Assembly: GCA_965222225.1 (NCBI GenBank)
Contig: CBDCTK010000002.1
Coordinates: 5,184,001 to 5,248,000 of the forward strand
Direction of reading: 5' to 3'
Length of the DNA: 64,000 nucleotides
Source of the DNA: Candidatus Poribacteria bacterium
Lineage (GTDB): Bacteria; Poribacteria; WGA-4E; JAJDTR01
The translations under genes and the position numbers were made by a program. The notes under the pieces are model-generated. The model worked only from the letters and a program-made list of their open reading frames with translations, ran no database searches and was not told where the DNA came from. Shown here in pieces: positions 61,414 to 64,000 of the stretch. Positions within the stretch are counted from its first letter, which is position 1, and every line of letters starts with the position of its first letter.

Positions 61414-64000
61414 ATGTGGTCGAAAATCACAGAGGTTGCACTCAAAAATAGGCTACTGACAATTGCCTGCATGATTGTGGTAGTTATCATTGGTTTCCGG
61501 ATGTTTCGTTCGGCGCCGATTGACGTCTATCCTGACATCAATCCACCTCGCATTACCATCCTGACCGAAGCACACGGCTGGTCCCCGGAAGAGATGGAAA
61601 CCTTGGTTACGTTACCTATCGAAAGTGCAATGAACGGTGCGCCGTATGTCGCACGGGTTCGGTCCTCCTCTGCGATCGGTTTGTCGCTGGTGTTCGTTGA
61701 ATTCAACTGGGGCATGGATATTTTTCTAGCGCGGCAAATGGTCTCTGAGCGTCTTCAACTCGTTGCCCCGAATCTGCCTCACGGTGTAGATGCGCCGATT
61801 ATCTTGCCGACATCTTCCCTTCTGGGTGAGATTCTGGAATACGCGATTGTTGATGAAATCGGGAATTTTGACGAGATGGAAATGCGCGATCTTGCAGACT
61901 GGGTAATCCGCTATCAATTGCTATCGCAGGGCGGCATCGCCAATGTAATCAACATCGGCGGCTACGTGAAGCAATACCAGGTCTTCGTTGATCCTGAGCA
62001 GTTAATAAACTATAACCTCTCGTTGGAAGATGTCGCGGATGCCCTCGCGAAAAGCAACGAAAACTCTGCTGGCGGTCTTCTTATCAAAGATACCCGAGAG
62101 TTGATGATTCGCGGATTGGGGCGGATTTCTACAGTCGCCGACATTGAAAACGCCGTCATTGATGTGCGGGGACACAGCACCCCGATTCTCGTCAAAGATG
62201 TTGCGACAGTGAAAATCGGGGAACTTCCGGAGATACGGCGCGGGGCAGGCAGTCACAATGGGAAAGAGACCGTCCTGGGAAAGGTCGTTAAGCAACCGGG
62301 GGTCAATACGATGAGTCTCAGCGACAAGGTGGTTTCTGTATTAAAATCGCTGGAGAAGACACTCCCCGAAGGTATCAAGATTAAAATCGAGTACGCGCAA
62401 GCCGAGCTGATTCGGCGCGCCGTGGACACCGTCAAAGATGCCCTGCGTGATGGCGCGATTCTCGTCGTTGTAATCCTGGCTATCTTCCTCTTCAACATCC
62501 GCACCGCATTGATTACCCTCACCGCTATCCCGCTTTCGTTAATTATGGCGCTCATTGTCCTGCTATCTCAGGGGAGCACCCTCAATATCATGACGCTCGC
62601 GGGCTTGGCGATTGCTGTCGGAATGGTGGTTGACGACGCGATTGTCTACGTTGAAAACATCTTTCGACGATTGCAGGAGTACTTCCGGCTTCGCAGCAGG
62701 GGCGAGGCAACCGATGAAACACCCACACAGGTTGTGAGACGCGCAAGTGATGAGATCCGGTCGTCAATTGTTTTCGCGACGCTGATTATCATCCTCGTTT
62801 TTGTGCCGTTGTTCAGCCTGAGCGGTATGGAGGGCAGGATGTTTCGTCCTCTTGGATGGGCTGTCGTCATTTCAATGGCGGCATCGCTGCTCGTCGCATT
62901 AACGGTGGTTCCCGTATTGAGCGACCTCCTGTTAACGCGTTTCGGTAGACGACGCAAAGGAGAAGCATCAATTCTTGCCTCGAAAGAAAGTCCCATTGTT
63001 GTTTGGATTAAACGGGCTTATCGTCCTATTCTGTCCGTGGTCATGCGGTTGCGTTGGGGTGTTGTAGCCTTGGCGCTGTTGCTGATCGTCTTTACAGTGA
63101 CGGCGATTCCTCGCTTGGGCCGCGAATTTCTGCCCGTTATGGATGAAGCCACTTTTACTATCGCTGTCTTCTCGCCGCCGGGAACCTCGTTGGGAGAATC
63201 CACACGCATCGGACGTGAGATGGAAACTAGGCTCTTGACGCTTCCGGAAGTGACAAGCGTTAGCAGTCGCACCGGACGCGCGGAAGCCGATGAACACGCC
63301 CACAGCGTGAATACCCATGAAATCGTGGTAAACTTTATTCCGCCCGATGAACGGGAGAAGACACGAGAAGAACTACTTACCGAAGTGCGCGCATTGCTCT
63401 CGACGGAAAACTTCCCCGGCGTGATTGTTTCCGTTGGTCAACCGATACAGCATCGTCTCGATCATCTCTTGTCGGGCGTTAGCGCGCAAGTGGCGTTGAA
63501 ACTATTTGGCCCAGACCTCGACACGCTCAGGCAGAAAGCGGAGGAGATTCATTCGGTTATCTCGGAGATTCCAGGCGTAGCCGATTTATGGATTGAACAA
63601 CAGGTGCAAGTGGAGCAACTCCAGATTCGGGTCAAGCGACTTGAAGCGGCACGCTACGGCTTACGGGTGGAAGACGTGACGCATTTCACGGAGAGTGCCT
63701 TCAAAGGCGAAGCCGTCAGTCAGGTCATCCAAGGGCAACGCCAATATGCGCTCGTGGTTCGTGTTGATCCGACGCTTGTCAAGACCGTCGAATCCGTCGG
63801 AGACCTGAAACTCAGAACACCCTCGGGGACATTCGTTCAGTTAAAACAGGTCGCCGACGTTGGCTACGGGTTCGGACCAAATACCATCAATCGCGAGAAT
63901 GTTTCCCGGCGGATTGTGATTCAGTGTAACGTCCAAAATCGAGACCTCGGTAACTTTATTGCCCAAGTCCAACGGGAGATTAACGCGAACATTGACCTGC
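61414..64000 (+). CDS. czcA: Heavy-metal efflux RND permease (CzcA/CusA family), 3'-truncated by window edge
   Basis: ATG after AAGGAGG; PIDVYPDI, SPEEMETLVTLPIE, GMVVDDAIVYVEN, GMEGRMFRPL. Confidence 0.9.
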   Translation, partial: MWSKITEVALKNRLLTIACMIVVVIIGFRMFRSAPIDVYPDINPPRITILTEAHGWSPEEMETLVTLPIESAMNGAPYVARVRSSSAIGLSLVFVEFNWGMDIFLARQMVSERLQLVAPNLPHGVDAPIILPTSSLLGEILEYAIVDEIGNFDEMEMRDLADWVIRYQLLSQGGIANVINIGGYVKQYQVFVDPEQLINYNLSLEDVADALAKSNENSAGGLLIKDTRELMIRGLGRISTVADIENAVIDVRGHSTPILVKDVATVKIGELPEIRRGAGSHNGKETVLGKVVKQPGVNTMSLSDKVVSVLKSLEKTLPEGIKIKIEYAQAELIRRAVDTVKDALRDGAILVVVILAIFLFNIRTALITLTAIPLSLIMALIVLLSQGSTLNIMTLAGLAIAVGMVVDDAIVYVENIFRRLQEYFRLRSRGEATDETPTQVVRRASDEIRSSIVFATLIIILVFVPLFSLSGMEGRMFRPLGWAVVISMAASLLVALTVVPVLSDLLLTRFGRRRKGEASILASKESPIVVWIKRAYRPILSVVMRLRWGVVALALLLIVFTVTAIPRLGREFLPVMDEATFTIAVFSPPGTSLGESTRIGREMETRLLTLPEVTSVSSRTGRAEADEHAHSVNTHEIVVNFIPPDEREKTREELLTEVRALLSTENFPGVIVSVGQPIQHRLDHLLSGVSAQVALKLFGPDLDTLRQKAEEIHSVISEIPGVADLWIEQQVQVEQLQIRVKRLEAARYGLRVEDVTHFTESAFKGEAVSQVIQGQRQYALVVRVDPTLVKTVESVGDLKLRTPSGTFVQLKQVADVGYGFGPNTINRENVSRRIVIQCNVQNRDLGNFIAQVQREINANIDL

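Noticed and set aside
29-63318. Numerous antisense and overlapping ORFs in the track (e.g. 39192-40178, 60646-61389, 28998-29645)
   Set aside because: Shadows of real genes on the opposite strand or frame, with no recognisable motifs.
1-64000. tRNA, rRNA or known riboswitch
   Set aside because: None recognised by eye; a covariance-model scan would be needed to exclude them.

Overview
This is a bacterial chromosomal window, probably Candidatus Poribacteria. That assignment is inferred from the many secreted LamG, cohesin, dockerin and FG-GAP proteins ending in 'AV-x-x-x-(G/D)KL-x-x-TWG-x-(I/V/L)K' or 'LLQNFPNPFNPETW(I/L)PY' tails. Housekeeping and catabolic genes include a Zn-ADH fragment, Kce/BKACE, an RRM protein, an ECF sigma/anti-sigma pair, a peptidase, HIT, argB, pyk, three Gfo/Idh/MocA oxidoreductases, an FGE-domain protein and mutY. 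Secreted proteins include four LamG proteins and a 17-kb tandem array of nine FG-GAP beta-propeller paralogues (one broken by an IS5 composite). Metal genes comprise a DtxR/MntR-regulated troABCD-type uptake operon, an IS1-interrupted RAPP-type leader with a decaying zrg-like operon, and czcCBA-type efflux genes that run off the right end. About ten genes are pseudogenised. The most unusual signal is non-coding: a 36-nt non-palindromic element, ATCAA-NN-GA-NN-GAATA-NN-GA-NN-GCGATAG-AGATCCC, present as about 30 full or partial copies. Empty-versus-filled site comparisons within the window show it inserting after CG inside REP-like hairpins and inside itself, replacing about 2 nt with no target duplication. 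No tRNA, rRNA, CRISPR array or reverse transcriptase was seen. Family names come from motif recognition, not database searches.
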